DNA of 64,000 bases from an uncultured delta proteobacterium (GTDB lineage: Bacteria > Myxococcota_A > Polyangia > Fen-1088). Below are positions 21,801 through 31,732 of this stretch, piece by piece. The stretch is taken from contig CAVWIP010000017.1 of NCBI GenBank assembly GCA_963755125.1, positions 1 through 64,000 of the forward strand, in the 5' to 3' direction. Under the pieces are notes generated by a model. It searched no databases. It saw nothing but the letters and a program-made list of their open reading frames with translations, and was not told the DNA's origin. The position numbers and the translations under genes are program-made. Within the stretch, counting starts at the first letter, position 1, and each line of letters starts with the position of its first letter.

Positions 21801-22493
21801 ATGAGCAACCACAACCTGACGTACAGCATCTCCAAGCGGACTCCGGCAACGCCGAAGGCCGTCAAGGAGATCTTGGACGCCCAAGCGGCATTAAATAGCG
21901 CCTGCACCTGGACGCACGAACGCCTCGCGTTCGTACCGCCTCGGGACGCGGGACGCGCGGCCTTCCCCCTGCAATTCGCGAGATTTGGACTCGCATCAGC
22001 CAACCCGCCTGCTTTGGACGGATTCGGCGCTCATCCGCCGACTCCTCCTGCGGATGTCTTCATGTCCGGCTCGACGCGCGTGCGCGACAACCTATGGAAC
22101 GCCCACCTCGTCGCAGCATTCTTGAAGCACATCTCGCGCAAGCATCCGACGCTGCTCTTCGAGCTACGCGACGACGGCGGGTTCGTGATCCCGGGTTCCG
22201 TATGGATCCGGGGAGGTGCTGTGGAAGTAAACCGCGAGTTCCTGAATACAGAGCGCGCGCGAGTGCTGGAAGTCACCGGCGACCCGCAGGCCGCAGTTCC
22301 GTACGTGTGGGCCGAACTTCAGGCTCTCGGAGGGTCCTTCTTCGCGGAAGCGTCGATGGACGACTTCGGGAACGTGCCGGAAGTCCGGGAGCTGGGAGCT
22401 TCCTGGGACCAGCTTGAGAGCATGAGCATCGAGGATCTCGCCTCGCTTGTCGTCGAACACGCGACGACGGAGGCGGTCCCCGTCGCGGCTTAG
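21801..22493 (+). CDS. Hypothetical protein
   Basis: Coding-like 230-aa frame from ATG 21801. The longer ORF-track start overlaps the relaxase and is unlikely. Confidence 0.7.
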   Translation: MSNHNLTYSISKRTPATPKAVKEILDAQAALNSACTWTHERLAFVPPRDAGRAAFPLQFARFGLASANPPALDGFGAHPPTPPADVFMSGSTRVRDNLWNAHLVAAFLKHISRKHPTLLFELRDDGGFVIPGSVWIRGGAVEVNREFLNTERARVLEVTGDPQAAVPYVWAELQALGGSFFAEASMDDFGNVPEVRELGASWDQLESMSIEDLASLVVEHATTEAVPVAA

Positions 22494-22644
22494 GCAGGAG
22501 GCCCATGTCATTCGTGATCAACCAGCAGAAGGGGGCGGGCGGAGCGCGAGTCCGGTGTGCGACGCGATCGCGTCGCGGCTTCGCGCCACCGTCCGCCCCC
22601 GCTGCGCTACGAGTCATACGGCAAACAACTACGAGGGGTGCAGC

Positions 22645-22920
22645 ATGAACACGATCACCGCAACGACCGGCGCTGAGCCGTCATCGCCCGCGAGCGCGGC
22701 GGACGATTCGCGCCTTTGGGACGCGAACGATGTGGCCCGGTTCATCGGCGCCAGCCGTTCCTGGGTCTACCATCAAGCGGAAGCGGGACGATTGCCTTGC
22801 ATCCGCCTTCTCGGTTTCCTACGCTTCGATCCCCAAGTGGTCCGGGCTTTCGTGCTGGCGGCGTCGTCCGCGCCAGCAAGGTTGAAGTCCGGCGACGCTT
22901 CGGGCGCTTCAGGGAGATAG
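22645..22920 (+). CDS. Excisionase-like HTH protein
   Basis: LWDANDVARFIGASRSWVY...GRLPCIRLLGFLRFDP; ends 3 bp before the integrase. Confidence 0.85.
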   Translation: MNTITATTGAEPSSPASAADDSRLWDANDVARFIGASRSWVYHQAEAGRLPCIRLLGFLRFDPQVVRAFVLAASSAPARLKSGDASGASGR

Positions 22921-22923
22921 GCC

Positions 22924-24288
22924 ATGCCTTCGGTTTTCAAACGCGGTGTTCGCTGGTACGCGAAATACAAGGACGCGACGGGGCGGTGGCGCACCCGGCC
23001 GACGACGGCCGACACCAAGACCGACGCCAAGCGGTTGGCCACTGACCTCGAACGCCAAGCCGAGCGCCACCGGCTCGGCTTGGAACCGCTCCCTACCGAC
23101 GACGGCACCACGCTCGGCGACTTGCTGAGCTGGTGGGAGACGACGTACTTCAAGCAGAGCCCCGCCTATGCGAAGAGCTGCGGCACATTCCGCCGTCACC
23201 TAGTCGGGTCCAACCTGTCGAAGAGCTCAATACGCGAAGTGACGACGGGCAGGGTGGAGCAGTTCATCCAGGCGAAGACGCGCGAGCTGGCTCCCCAGAC
23301 AGTGAACCACCTGCGCAGCTTCCTCTGTCGCGCCTTCAGCGCCGCCCGGCGCGCCGGCAAGGTCACCCAGAATCCGGTCCTCGACGTGAAATGTCGGCGC
23401 GTGCCCAAGCGCCTCCCAACGTTCCTGACCCTGGAGGAGGTTCCGCGCGTCCTGCTCGCGCTCCCCAGGCGCTGGCGGCCACTCTTCGCCACGGCCATCT
23501 ACTCCGGGCTGCGCAAGGGCGAGCTGCTCGGGTTGCGGAAGACCGACGTGGATCTCCCGCGGCGGCTCATTAGCGTTTGCCGCTCGTACGCGCGCGACAC
23601 CACCAAGGGCGGGCACGCGGAGGCGGTGCCCATCGCCTCCGAACTGGTGCCGTACCTCGAAGCCGCCATCAAACAGTCCTCGTCCGAGTTGGTCTTCCCA
23701 AACGAGGACGGCTCGATGATGTCCGAGGAGGCGTCGCTCCAGGAACTGCTGCAGTCGGCGCTCGCCCGCGCCGGGATCGTGACCGGCTACAGCCACATCT
23801 GCCGACGGAAGGGATGCGGGCATTCCGAGGTGGCGAAGGACGCCGACCTGCGGCGTTGCCCGAAGTGCAAGATGAAGCTCTGGCCGCGGGCGCTGGTGCG
23901 GAAGATCCGCTTCCACGACCTGCGCCACACGACCGCGTCGTTGCTCATGATGGCGGGCGCGAATCCGGCGGCCGTTCAGCGCATCCTTCGCCACAGCGAT
24001 CCGCGCATCACGACTGAGGTTTACGGCCACCTGGCACCGGAATATCTCCGTCGAGAAATCGATCTCCTGTCCTTTGGCAAGCCCGTGAACGACACCGGAA
24101 ACGCTTCCGCAAGCTCACCGAAAAACGATCCGTTTGGTGCATTAGTGGTACAAGAACCGAATGATGCACTGATCGGCGGATCCAGTGGATCTCGGAGCCC
24201 CCTGGAAATGCAGGGGTTTTCGCTTGAGCGCGAGACGGGGCTCGGACCCGCGACCCTCGGCTTGGGAAGCCGATGCTCTACCAACTGA
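22924..24288 (+). CDS. Phage-type tyrosine integrase with a Zn-ribbon insertion; C-terminus encoded antisense to tRNA-Gly
   Basis: SGLRKGEL, RFHDLRHT, LRHSD..IT..VY, a CRRKGC...CPKC insert, and a tail ERETGLGPATLGLGSRCSTN that is the tRNA antisense. Confidence 0.93.
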   Translation: MPSVFKRGVRWYAKYKDATGRWRTRPTTADTKTDAKRLATDLERQAERHRLGLEPLPTDDGTTLGDLLSWWETTYFKQSPAYAKSCGTFRRHLVGSNLSKSSIREVTTGRVEQFIQAKTRELAPQTVNHLRSFLCRAFSAARRAGKVTQNPVLDVKCRRVPKRLPTFLTLEEVPRVLLALPRRWRPLFATAIYSGLRKGELLGLRKTDVDLPRRLISVCRSYARDTTKGGHAEAVPIASELVPYLEAAIKQSSSELVFPNEDGSMMSEEASLQELLQSALARAGIVTGYSHICRRKGCGHSEVAKDADLRRCPKCKMKLWPRALVRKIRFHDLRHTTASLLMMAGANPAAVQRILRHSDPRITTEVYGHLAPEYLRREIDLLSFGKPVNDTGNASASSPKNDPFGALVVQEPNDALIGGSSGSRSPLEMQGFSLERETGLGPATLGLGSRCSTN

Positions 24289-24299
24289 GCTACTCGCGC
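24227..24299 (-). tRNA. tRNA-Gly(CCC) with an atypical T-loop and no encoded CCA
   Basis: GCGCGAG TA GCTC AGTTGGTA GAGC A TCGGC TTCCCAA GCCGA GGGTC GCGGG TCCGAGC CCCGT CTCGCGC T forms a cloverleaf. Confidence 0.9.
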
Positions 24300-24333
24300 A
24301 AACGTAATGTTTTCAAACTGTTATCTGTACTTC

Positions 24334-25563
24334 TTAGCCCCCGTTATGTGCCCCTGTAACCACAGCGTAACCAACGGTACCGTTCTGCGTCCCCGGACAG
24401 CCTATTGATACCACGTCCCCACCGGAGTGCGAAAGGTCTACCCGGACGGCATCGAAGTCCTCTTCCTTGAAGTGCTCGGGTCGAAGATGCGCGTAGCGTT
24501 CCGTGGTGGTCACGCTGGCATGCCCAAGGATCTTGGAGAGCTTCTCCAGCGAGTGGCCATCCATCACCCACAGGCTCGCGAAGGTGTGCCTGGTGGCCTG
24601 GTACCACGAGATGGGCGGTAGCTTGCAAGCCTTCAGCGCCTTCGCAAGGTTGCTTCGTAGGGAGTGGGCACGCATGAAGGTTGAGGGTCGCTTTGCCGTT
24701 CCCCCACGCGTGGGACACGTAGGAACGAACAACATCCCCTCGCCTCCGGTCTTGAGCTTCCACCGCGCCAAGATGGGTGCCAGGGCATTCTGCAAGGGCA
24801 CGATGCGGGGGTCGTCATCCTTGAGCGGGGCCAGCCTCCCGTCCTTCACCTGTTGTGTTACGTGGATTCGCCGGTTGGCTAGGTCCACGTCCTGCCAGGA
24901 GAGCCCCAGTACCTCGCCTGTTCTCAGTCCCGCCAGTGCCCCCACGGCGAACGCCACGTCGTAGGGCTCGCTCAAGGCCCGGAACACCCGTTCGACATCC
25001 GATATCTTCTCCAGGAATGGCGTGTTGGTGGTATCCAGCTTGGAGCGATACAGCCTTCGTACCGAACGAGGAAGCAGGGAGACAGGATTCACCCGTGCGA
25101 AGCCCTGTTCGATCACCTCCGCGAAGAAGGTGGAGAACAGGCGGATGCAATGTCCTACGGTTGTGGGGTGCATCCCCTCACTGAGCTTGCGTTCCACGAA
25201 ACGGCGCAGGCTTGTCGAATCCACCTCGGTTGGCTTGCAGGCCCCGAAGAAGGGATCGAGATGCTTGCGCCATCGGCAACGATCATCGCGCCAGGCCCGA
25301 TGAGTCTGCTCGCGCCGGTCGAGCCAGTCCTTGGCCAAGTTCTTCAAGCTCGGGGCCGTCTTGAGTTCGACGGGCATCCTATCCCGCCCTGCACGCGCAT
25401 CTGCGGTGAGCACGTCCAGCATCTTCTTGGCTTCGTCCTCGGTGGGATACCCTCCCTTCGTGCACACCCGCCCTGCTACACGCCACTTGATCCAGAAGTT
25501 TCCGGGGCCGCGCTGGTAGACGCAGCCTTGCCCGCTGGGCCTTTTTCGTTTCTTTCGTGCCAT
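24334..25563 (-). CDS. Phage-type tyrosine integrase (second element)
   Basis: N-terminal arm-binding domain (GQGCVYQRG), AGLRTGEV, YQATRHT (first His replaced) and LGHASVTTTERY. GGAG RBS. Confidence 0.92.
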   Translation of the reverse strand: MARKKRKRPSGQGCVYQRGPGNFWIKWRVAGRVCTKGGYPTEDEAKKMLDVLTADARAGRDRMPVELKTAPSLKNLAKDWLDRREQTHRAWRDDRCRWRKHLDPFFGACKPTEVDSTSLRRFVERKLSEGMHPTTVGHCIRLFSTFFAEVIEQGFARVNPVSLLPRSVRRLYRSKLDTTNTPFLEKISDVERVFRALSEPYDVAFAVGALAGLRTGEVLGLSWQDVDLANRRIHVTQQVKDGRLAPLKDDDPRIVPLQNALAPILARWKLKTGGEGMLFVPTCPTRGGTAKRPSTFMRAHSLRSNLAKALKACKLPPISWYQATRHTFASLWVMDGHSLEKLSKILGHASVTTTERYAHLRPEHFKEEDFDAVRVDLSHSGGDVVSIGCPGTQNGTVGYAVVTGAHNGG

Positions 25564-25675
25564 GGTCTCCGCTCCTTTCTTTGTCCGCGACCTGGACGAG
25601 ACCAGCGGCGCAGGGCCTGTCCGTCCCGTCCTCGGTCCTGTTGCCCTGATAAAGATCCTCGACGCCTGACCAGAT

Positions 25676-25996
25676 TCAAGCTGATCGCAGCTTGGCCACC
25701 TTGTCGGCGATGGTCTCGCGGTCGGTTCCATGCAACCGCGCCATGTCCACGCGCACGGTGTTGCCGATCTTGACCGTCGGCACCTCGCCCCTCTTCACCC
25801 ACCGGCGCATCGTGGGAACGCTGACCTTGAAGGCGGTAGCTGCTTCCGTGATGGTCACGAGGGCAGGGGGCAGGGCGGCCCGCAAGCTTTCCAGCTTGTC
25901 TGTGTTGTCGGTGACTGCACGCTCCAACGCCGCGAGCCGCGTGGGGATATCCCCCATGGCCGAGAACAAGGCAGCCAAGTTCTGCGTGTCGCTCAT
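25676..25996 (-). CDS. Excisionase-like HTH protein with an N-terminal coiled coil
   Basis: LVTITEAATAFKVSVPTMRRWVKRGEVPTVKIGNTVRV. Confidence 0.85.
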   Translation of the reverse strand: MSDTQNLAALFSAMGDIPTRLAALERAVTDNTDKLESLRAALPPALVTITEAATAFKVSVPTMRRWVKRGEVPTVKIGNTVRVDMARLHGTDRETIADKVAKLRSA

Positions 25997-26011
25997 CGGC
26001 TCACCACCCAA

Positions 26012-27614
26012 CGTGGAGCCGCAAGCGTACCAAGACGACACGGTCACCCAGAGCAGCGGCGTCGAGGACAACAGCTTCTCCCAGATCTTGGCACCCCTGG
26101 GCGGCTTGACGACGAGCAGCACCCCCGACGAGATCAATGCAGCCGTGCGCACCTGGGCCACCGGTGTGGTCGACTTGCCGCCCGTGGAGCGGGTGACAGC
26201 CAGGGCCGAGGCGGTCCGCCTCTTGAAAGATGTGAGCGTGCGATCAGCAGCAGCCCTGGTCGATGCGGCGCTTGCCGAGGCGCTTGCAGCCAAGCAGGAC
26301 GAACCAGACGGCGACGACGCGCCGATCTCGACTGGACAGTTTGCCGAGGTCGAGCCGTGGCCGGACCCCGTGGACGGGCAGGACCTCATTAGAGAGCTGG
26401 AGTCATTCGTCCGCAGGTTCTTGATTTTGCCCAGCGAGCACGCCTACATGGCTTTGGTTCTCTGGGCGCTGGCGACGCACGCGCACGACCTGTTCCAGCT
26501 TTTCCCGATCTTGGTGATTTCCAGCCCCGTTCCGGGAAGCGGCAAGACCACGGTCCTGACGGTGTTGTCCGCGCTGGTGCCCAAGCCGTTCTTCACCAGC
26601 AACGCGACCGCGGCATCATTATTCCGTGCAATCGATGACTTCCACCCCACGGTGACGATCGACGAGGCTGACAGTTTCTTGATCGGCAACGAGGCCCTGC
26701 GCGGCTTGCTCAACTCTTGCCACCTCCGCGCTTACGCTTTCGTGACCCGCGCCATTGGCACGTTCTCGACATGGGCGGCCGTGGTGCTCGCCCTCATCGG
26801 CAAGGTGCCCAAGACGGTCGAAGATCGCGCCATCATCATCCCGATGCAACGGCGTGCGCCGCACGAGCAGGTCGAGCGCTTCCGTCAGGACCGGCTCCAC
26901 GAGTTTGAACACTTGCGTCGGAAAGCTGCCCGCTGGGTGCAAGATCATGCCGAACAAATCCCGACGGCCGATCCCGAGATTCCCGACGAGATCTCGCGTG
27001 ACAGAGCGCGCGACAACTGGCGCGTTCTCCTCGCGCTTGCAGATGAAATTGGTGGCGATGTTGCCCGCCGTGCGCGAGAGGCGGCAGTGGCGCTGTCGAG
27101 AGCCGACGAGGAGTTCGACGAGGACCCGGCTACGCTGCTTCTGCGTGACCTGCAAGGGCTCTTCCACCATCGGTGCGCGGACCGCCTCGAGAGCCAGGAA
27201 ATCGTGAACAGCCTAGTCGCGATGCCAGATCATCCTTGGTCCGCCTACAACCATGGGCAACCCCTGACCACACGAGGCTTGGCAGTGATACTGGGGCTAT
27301 TCCGCATCAAGCCCCAGAAGTGGTCGGTGACGGAAGCTGGAAGACGGATATCGAAGCGGGGCTACCTGCTTTCAGATCTAAAGGACACGTTCGCCCGCTA
27401 CGTGCCGGCTCCGGCTGGCCCGCTGCCCGAGCCGACTGAGCCCAACGAACCGCCCCAAGCGCCCCATCCGCCCCAGGTGCCACCGCTGCCGGAGCCCACG
27501 GAATCGCCAGAGCCAGTGCCCAACGAACCGCCCCAAGCGCCCCAAGCGCCCCCGCCGGAACCTGCGAAGAAGAAGACCAAGCCAGTCATTCCGTACTCTA
27601 GGGCCCGGTCGTGA
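26012..27614 (+). CDS. DUF3631-type replication ATPase/helicase of satellite-like elements (start uncertain, possibly 5'-truncated)
   Basis: EPWPDPVDG..L..L..F.RRFL, SPVPGSGKT, IDEAD, RARDNWRVLLALAD and KRGY...LKDTFARY. Confidence 0.8.
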
Positions 27615-27678
27615 ACCACGCATCGTGCGTGGGGCGGATGGGGCGGATGGGGCGGATGGGGCACGGTTTTCGGGGCGG
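27451..27678. repeat. 9-bp-period CGCCCCA iteron arrays in direct and inverted orientation; putative replication origin
   Basis: Triplets start at 27451/27460/27469 and 27529/27538/27547. Inverted TGGGGCG(GA) units start at 27630/27639/27648/27657. Confidence 0.7.
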
Positions 27679-27787
27679 CTTTCCCCAGGCACCGAAAGTT
27701 GATCTGCCACCGATGGCATCGACCACCGGCACGGCTTCACCGCCTTGAAGCAAGGCGACAGGGGTTCTGGAAGGAGAACGAGCAACA

Positions 27788-28291
27788 ATGGGCTATCGAC
27801 TTCGACTCATAGAGTTGGAAACCGACGAGTGTGACCGTTGCCTGCGCGGAACAACGGCAGCGCCGCGGGCGATGGGGGCGGGACCCGAGAAGGCTAAGAT
27901 CGTAGTCGCCGTACCGGCGATGACCGCCGAGATGGCCGCAATCGGTCACCCGATTCCCCCAGCAAGCCGCGCCTGGGAGTTTTTCGACTGGCAGTTCACC
28001 ACCTGCAGCTACCCGATCAATGGGGTGCGCTTCACCGGCCTCGTCAGGTGTCCCGGGCGTGCGCTGTCCGAGCCAGGCTGCGTTGCCCAATGTGAAGACC
28101 ACCTTGCCCATGAACTTGCGGCCGTTGGCGCAGAGGTCCTGCTGCTCTATGGCCGCGTCACGCCGGAGTCATTTGAAGGAAGCCGCCGGTTCAGCAGCTC
28201 TGGAGATGCCGTCACGTTCGCCTGCAGCGACGATGTGATCGTGCCGGTGCTCTTCATCGACGACCTGGACACCGTGTTGCAGCAGGCGGAC
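27788..28291 (+). pseudogene. 5' half of a split gene: degenerate family-4 UDG-like domain (continues in frame at 32520 on the minus strand)
   Basis: CDRC...GAGPEKAKIV, FTGLVRCP, QCEDHLAHELAAV..EVLLLYGR. The catalytic GEAPG and HP motifs are absent. Confidence 0.7.
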
Positions 28292-29391
28292 ATCGCGTTC
28301 TGTCGGTTGTTGTTCACGGTTACAGTCCGAACCAGTTCATCCTCGGAGGTTTGAACGATGCGAATCGGCAACAGGACTCGCTCCCAAAGATCCTCTTTGA
28401 TCTTCGTTCTAAGGTGGGGGTCGTAGCGGAAGAAGAATGCGTTCTTGATCGTCTGGCAGCCGTTGAGCACAAATGCCTCGCGCAGCTCAACCCCGCCATC
28501 GACAACCTCACTGCGACGTGCGAACAACGTGATGCCATTATGAAACATGGCGAACCGCTCAGGGGTGAGCGTGCCTTCCACGCAAATCTGCTTTAGGGTC
28601 GCCCTCATCTTTCCGGCCGGGCCCTTCTCGGTGTTCTTCTTCGACATGAGGTAGTACCGCACGTTTCGGGAGAACAAGGCATCTCGCCGAGCGCAGTACA
28701 GATTCACCAAGTCCGCCAGTCGACCTACGCCGGTTAGCATGCTAGCCCCTTCGCCGGCGGAGAAGTGGTGTGCCCCTTCAAGACGAAGCATCACCGTCTC
28801 AGGGCGCGCTACGACGATTTGTTGTGGCCCGACGTGTACTGGCCCAACCGGTCGGATGCGGCACGTGTGTCCGTCGAGCACGTCTGCGACAACCTCGCGA
28901 AGCCGGGTCATCGCGCCTCCCAGACGCTGACCAAGTATCGCCTCCTCTTCGCCCGAAAGGTGGAGGACTTGTAGCTCCAGCTCAAGCGAGGATCGGCTCT
29001 CCTCCGTGAGCCTGTTCAGAGCTGCGCGCAGATTCATCAGGACCTTGTTTTCGACCACGTTCTCGGGCTCGAGTCCTTGAAGACATCGGCCTATCTCACC
29101 TAAGGTCCGTTCAAGATCCTTGAACCCCTTTGCCACCATCTGGAGGGATTCCGTGTACTTCGCCTGCACAAGTACCAGCGTGTCCGGTTTTGCGCCGTTC
29201 CCAGATTCGAAATGAAAAGCGTCGACCCCGAAGTCGTAGTTGCCATCCGAAGACTGCTGCATAGCCTGGCTTTCCGGCAGTTGGAACTTTTGGTGCAGGT
29301 ACCAAGGGGCGAAGCAGTGTGCCTCGGTCCCGGTGAAGGCAGTCCGCTTCCAGAAACTCCTGACCTGGTCCCTGACTGCTGCGCTATTCAT
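28286..29391 (-). pseudogene. AIPR-family protein, 5' half (split by inversion)
   Basis: DFGVDAFH, VQAKY, LFSRNVRYYL, FAMFHNGIT, VLNGCQT and NNRQN. GGAGGAAGG RBS. Confidence 0.85.
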
Positions 29392-29954
29392 CCTTCCTCC
29401 TTTGTAGGGTTCATCGTGAATACCAGACTGGCTGGGCGATTGATCGTGGTGGGATGCTCGATGAGAGGGCCCTATCGAGACACGAATACCTAGTCAGGCT
29501 CATCGCCTTGGCCAGTCTCTCCTTCGGGAATAGTCGCACTTTGTTAACCAGCATCTCTTTCCCGCTGCTCAAACCAATTTACAGACACGACATCCTAGGA
29601 TTGCCCCATCAGAGTTCGCCCCTTCATAGGTCGGCAGAATCCTGGTGCGGGTTGAGCCACCGCAACATCCCAGGTCGGGAGCACTGGCGGATGACGGTTT
29701 CGGCGGTGCTTACGTCCGGCACTTTGAGCACGTTGTGCGAGTGGTCGTTGCCTGCCTGCTATCACCACTGGCTTGGTGGGGATCGGTGGACATGGCAGGC
29801 ACAGAGGGATGGACCTGCTTGGGTAAAGCGGTACAGCTGACCCACCGATGAAACGAGTGTCACGGGTATCCGGCCCGTGGTACAGGTGATACGGAACCCG
29901 AGCCGGAGGGTGCAGATCCCCGGGAGCCGACAGTTTTCGCGTAGGAGTCTGCCC

Positions 29955-31238
29955 ATGACGTCCGAGTCCACTCTGCCCAATTTCGGGGACGCAGCGCTCA
30001 CCACAAGGCCAGGTGCTCGACGCTCGCTCTCGCCAGCCAGAAGAGACGTGGAGTTGGCAGCCGGCCTCTTCGTGGTTCTACTCGTCTCCGCCTGTGCATC
30101 AACTGGCCTGGTTTTGAGACGTCCGATTGAAAAGCAGTGTAAGACAGTGAAGCTAAAGCAATGCGACGACTTGGTCAACGGCATCCTCTTGTACGTTGAC
30201 GGCGATGAAGATGGTGCGCGTTCGGCCCTGGCTGATGCGGTGCGGGCGAACCAGCCGGAGAAGCTCAGGAAGTTCGCTGAGGGTTTGCAGACTATTTCGC
30301 ACATCCCCGGGGCGTCTTCGTACATGGAACCCATCGCGAAGGTCAGCGAGTTTCTAGCGCCACCCGCACCGGCACCGAAGTCGAAGCCCGTGCGGAAGAC
30401 CCAGGTTGCAAGCCGAACCGGCAGCGAAGACGTAGAACCGCAAGAAACTGAGCGTGCGCCCGGTGCGGCAAGCTGTCCGCCTGAGACCCAGAAGAGCATT
30501 GTACCGAAGACAGCCCCGGTGCCCGAACCGGCCGCCACCTGGAATGACCCGACCAAGATCGATGGCGGCACCGTAACCCCATCGCTTCAGGCGGGAGCAG
30601 AAGCCTGCAATATGGGCATCGGCCTACCCATGTACGAAAACGCTCCATTCAACTCAAAAGCCGCAGGTGCAACATTGGGGGTTTGTCTGGGGGTAGTTTC
30701 AGGACCGATCACGGTTACCGACATCCACGCCAGCGGGGGGTGTACCGTGGATCTATTCGTGATCGGAGGGACGCCGTCACATTCACGGTGGCTCGTGCAA
30801 AGCCCCGCCCGCACCCCACTACACATCACGGGCGCTCGATTGGCAGCGCGGGAAGGCGAAGTCATCTCGGTGGGTGTCGCCGGCTCCGGTCGGAAGACTG
30901 ACGCACGATGTGCACTCACGTGGGCCGGTTGGAGGCCCTATGGGACGATGTCCCCGACCGCGAGAGGACTCCCAACGCCTTCCCAGTCTGGACAACCGCT
31001 GTCAGCCACACTGGTGCCCCCCATGCAGCCGGGCACTCAGGGACGTTCGTTGCGAATGGCTGCCGGCACTGGGAACAGCGTGGCCGACAAAGAGACCTCA
31101 CCCACAGAAGCCACCCGACCTACCCAACAGCAACGAGCGGTTAGGGAGAAGAAGCCCACTGAGCCTGAAGATGACCACCCCTTGCCACCCAGGAAGGAGG
31201 CATGGGAAGACCCCTTCACTCGCCCAGTGACTCAATAG
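29955..31238 (+). CDS. Hypothetical lipoprotein with Pro-rich linkers
   Basis: AGGAG RBS and lipobox VSAC. Confidence 0.65.
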   Translation: MTSESTLPNFGDAALTTRPGARRSLSPARRDVELAAGLFVVLLVSACASTGLVLRRPIEKQCKTVKLKQCDDLVNGILLYVDGDEDGARSALADAVRANQPEKLRKFAEGLQTISHIPGASSYMEPIAKVSEFLAPPAPAPKSKPVRKTQVASRTGSEDVEPQETERAPGAASCPPETQKSIVPKTAPVPEPAATWNDPTKIDGGTVTPSLQAGAEACNMGIGLPMYENAPFNSKAAGATLGVCLGVVSGPITVTDIHASGGCTVDLFVIGGTPSHSRWLVQSPARTPLHITGARLAAREGEVISVGVAGSGRKTDARCALTWAGWRPYGTMSPTARGLPTPSQSGQPLSATLVPPMQPGTQGRSLRMAAGTGNSVADKETSPTEATRPTQQQRAVREKKPTEPEDDHPLPPRKEAWEDPFTRPVTQ

Positions 31239-31372
31239 TACACTTATGAGTCGGCCCCTGCTGGCCCTCCGGAATCGGCGGCAAAAGCCCCGTCCACACC
31301 TCCCGGGCCGAGGCAGGTTTTTGAAACGGTGCCTGCGAGTCAGGGTTGAAACGAATCCCGAATGGAGCGAGC

Positions 31373-31732
31373 ATGGTCCCCATGATGGCCAGGCTGTGGA
31401 TCGTTCTTTCGTGTCTTCTGGTGGTATTCGTCGGCGGTTGCAGCGGCGGGAGTCAAAGCCCCAAGTGCGTTACCGGCATCACGGTAGAGTGCCCGTGTGC
31501 TACCGGACGACAGGGCTCCCAGACGTGCACGTCGGCAGGCACGTTCGGAACGTGCGTGTGTGCCACGCCTGCGGTGGATGCTGGGGGTTCCATCGGAACC
31601 GGTGGGACGACCACCCTTGCCACGTCAACAGGTGGGGTCGGTGGGCAGTCATGCTCGTGCGCGTGTTGCACAAGTGCTCGAAGCATCTCTGGCACGGGGC
31701 TGGTCTCGTTGAACCCGGGCGTCAGCAAGTAG
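31373..31732 (+). pseudogene. Cys-rich lipoprotein, 3'-truncated near 31650
   Basis: Lipobox VGGC, a CVTG...CPC..G..G.QTC...GTFGTCVC module and a GGT linker, after which it runs into the antisense of the primase frame. Confidence 0.6.

Larger units (their letters stand above)
14717..24299. mobile_element. Integrative, probably mobilizable element at the tRNA-Gly 3' side (left end not found; may extend over Septu)
   Basis: Int, Xis, relaxase-like and coupling-protein genes abut the tRNA. No second att copy was located by eye. Confidence 0.65.

Noticed and set aside
22541..22560. GAGCGCGAG as the second att copy of the tRNA
   Set aside because: Only 9 bp match and it is part of a hairpin; expected by chance.
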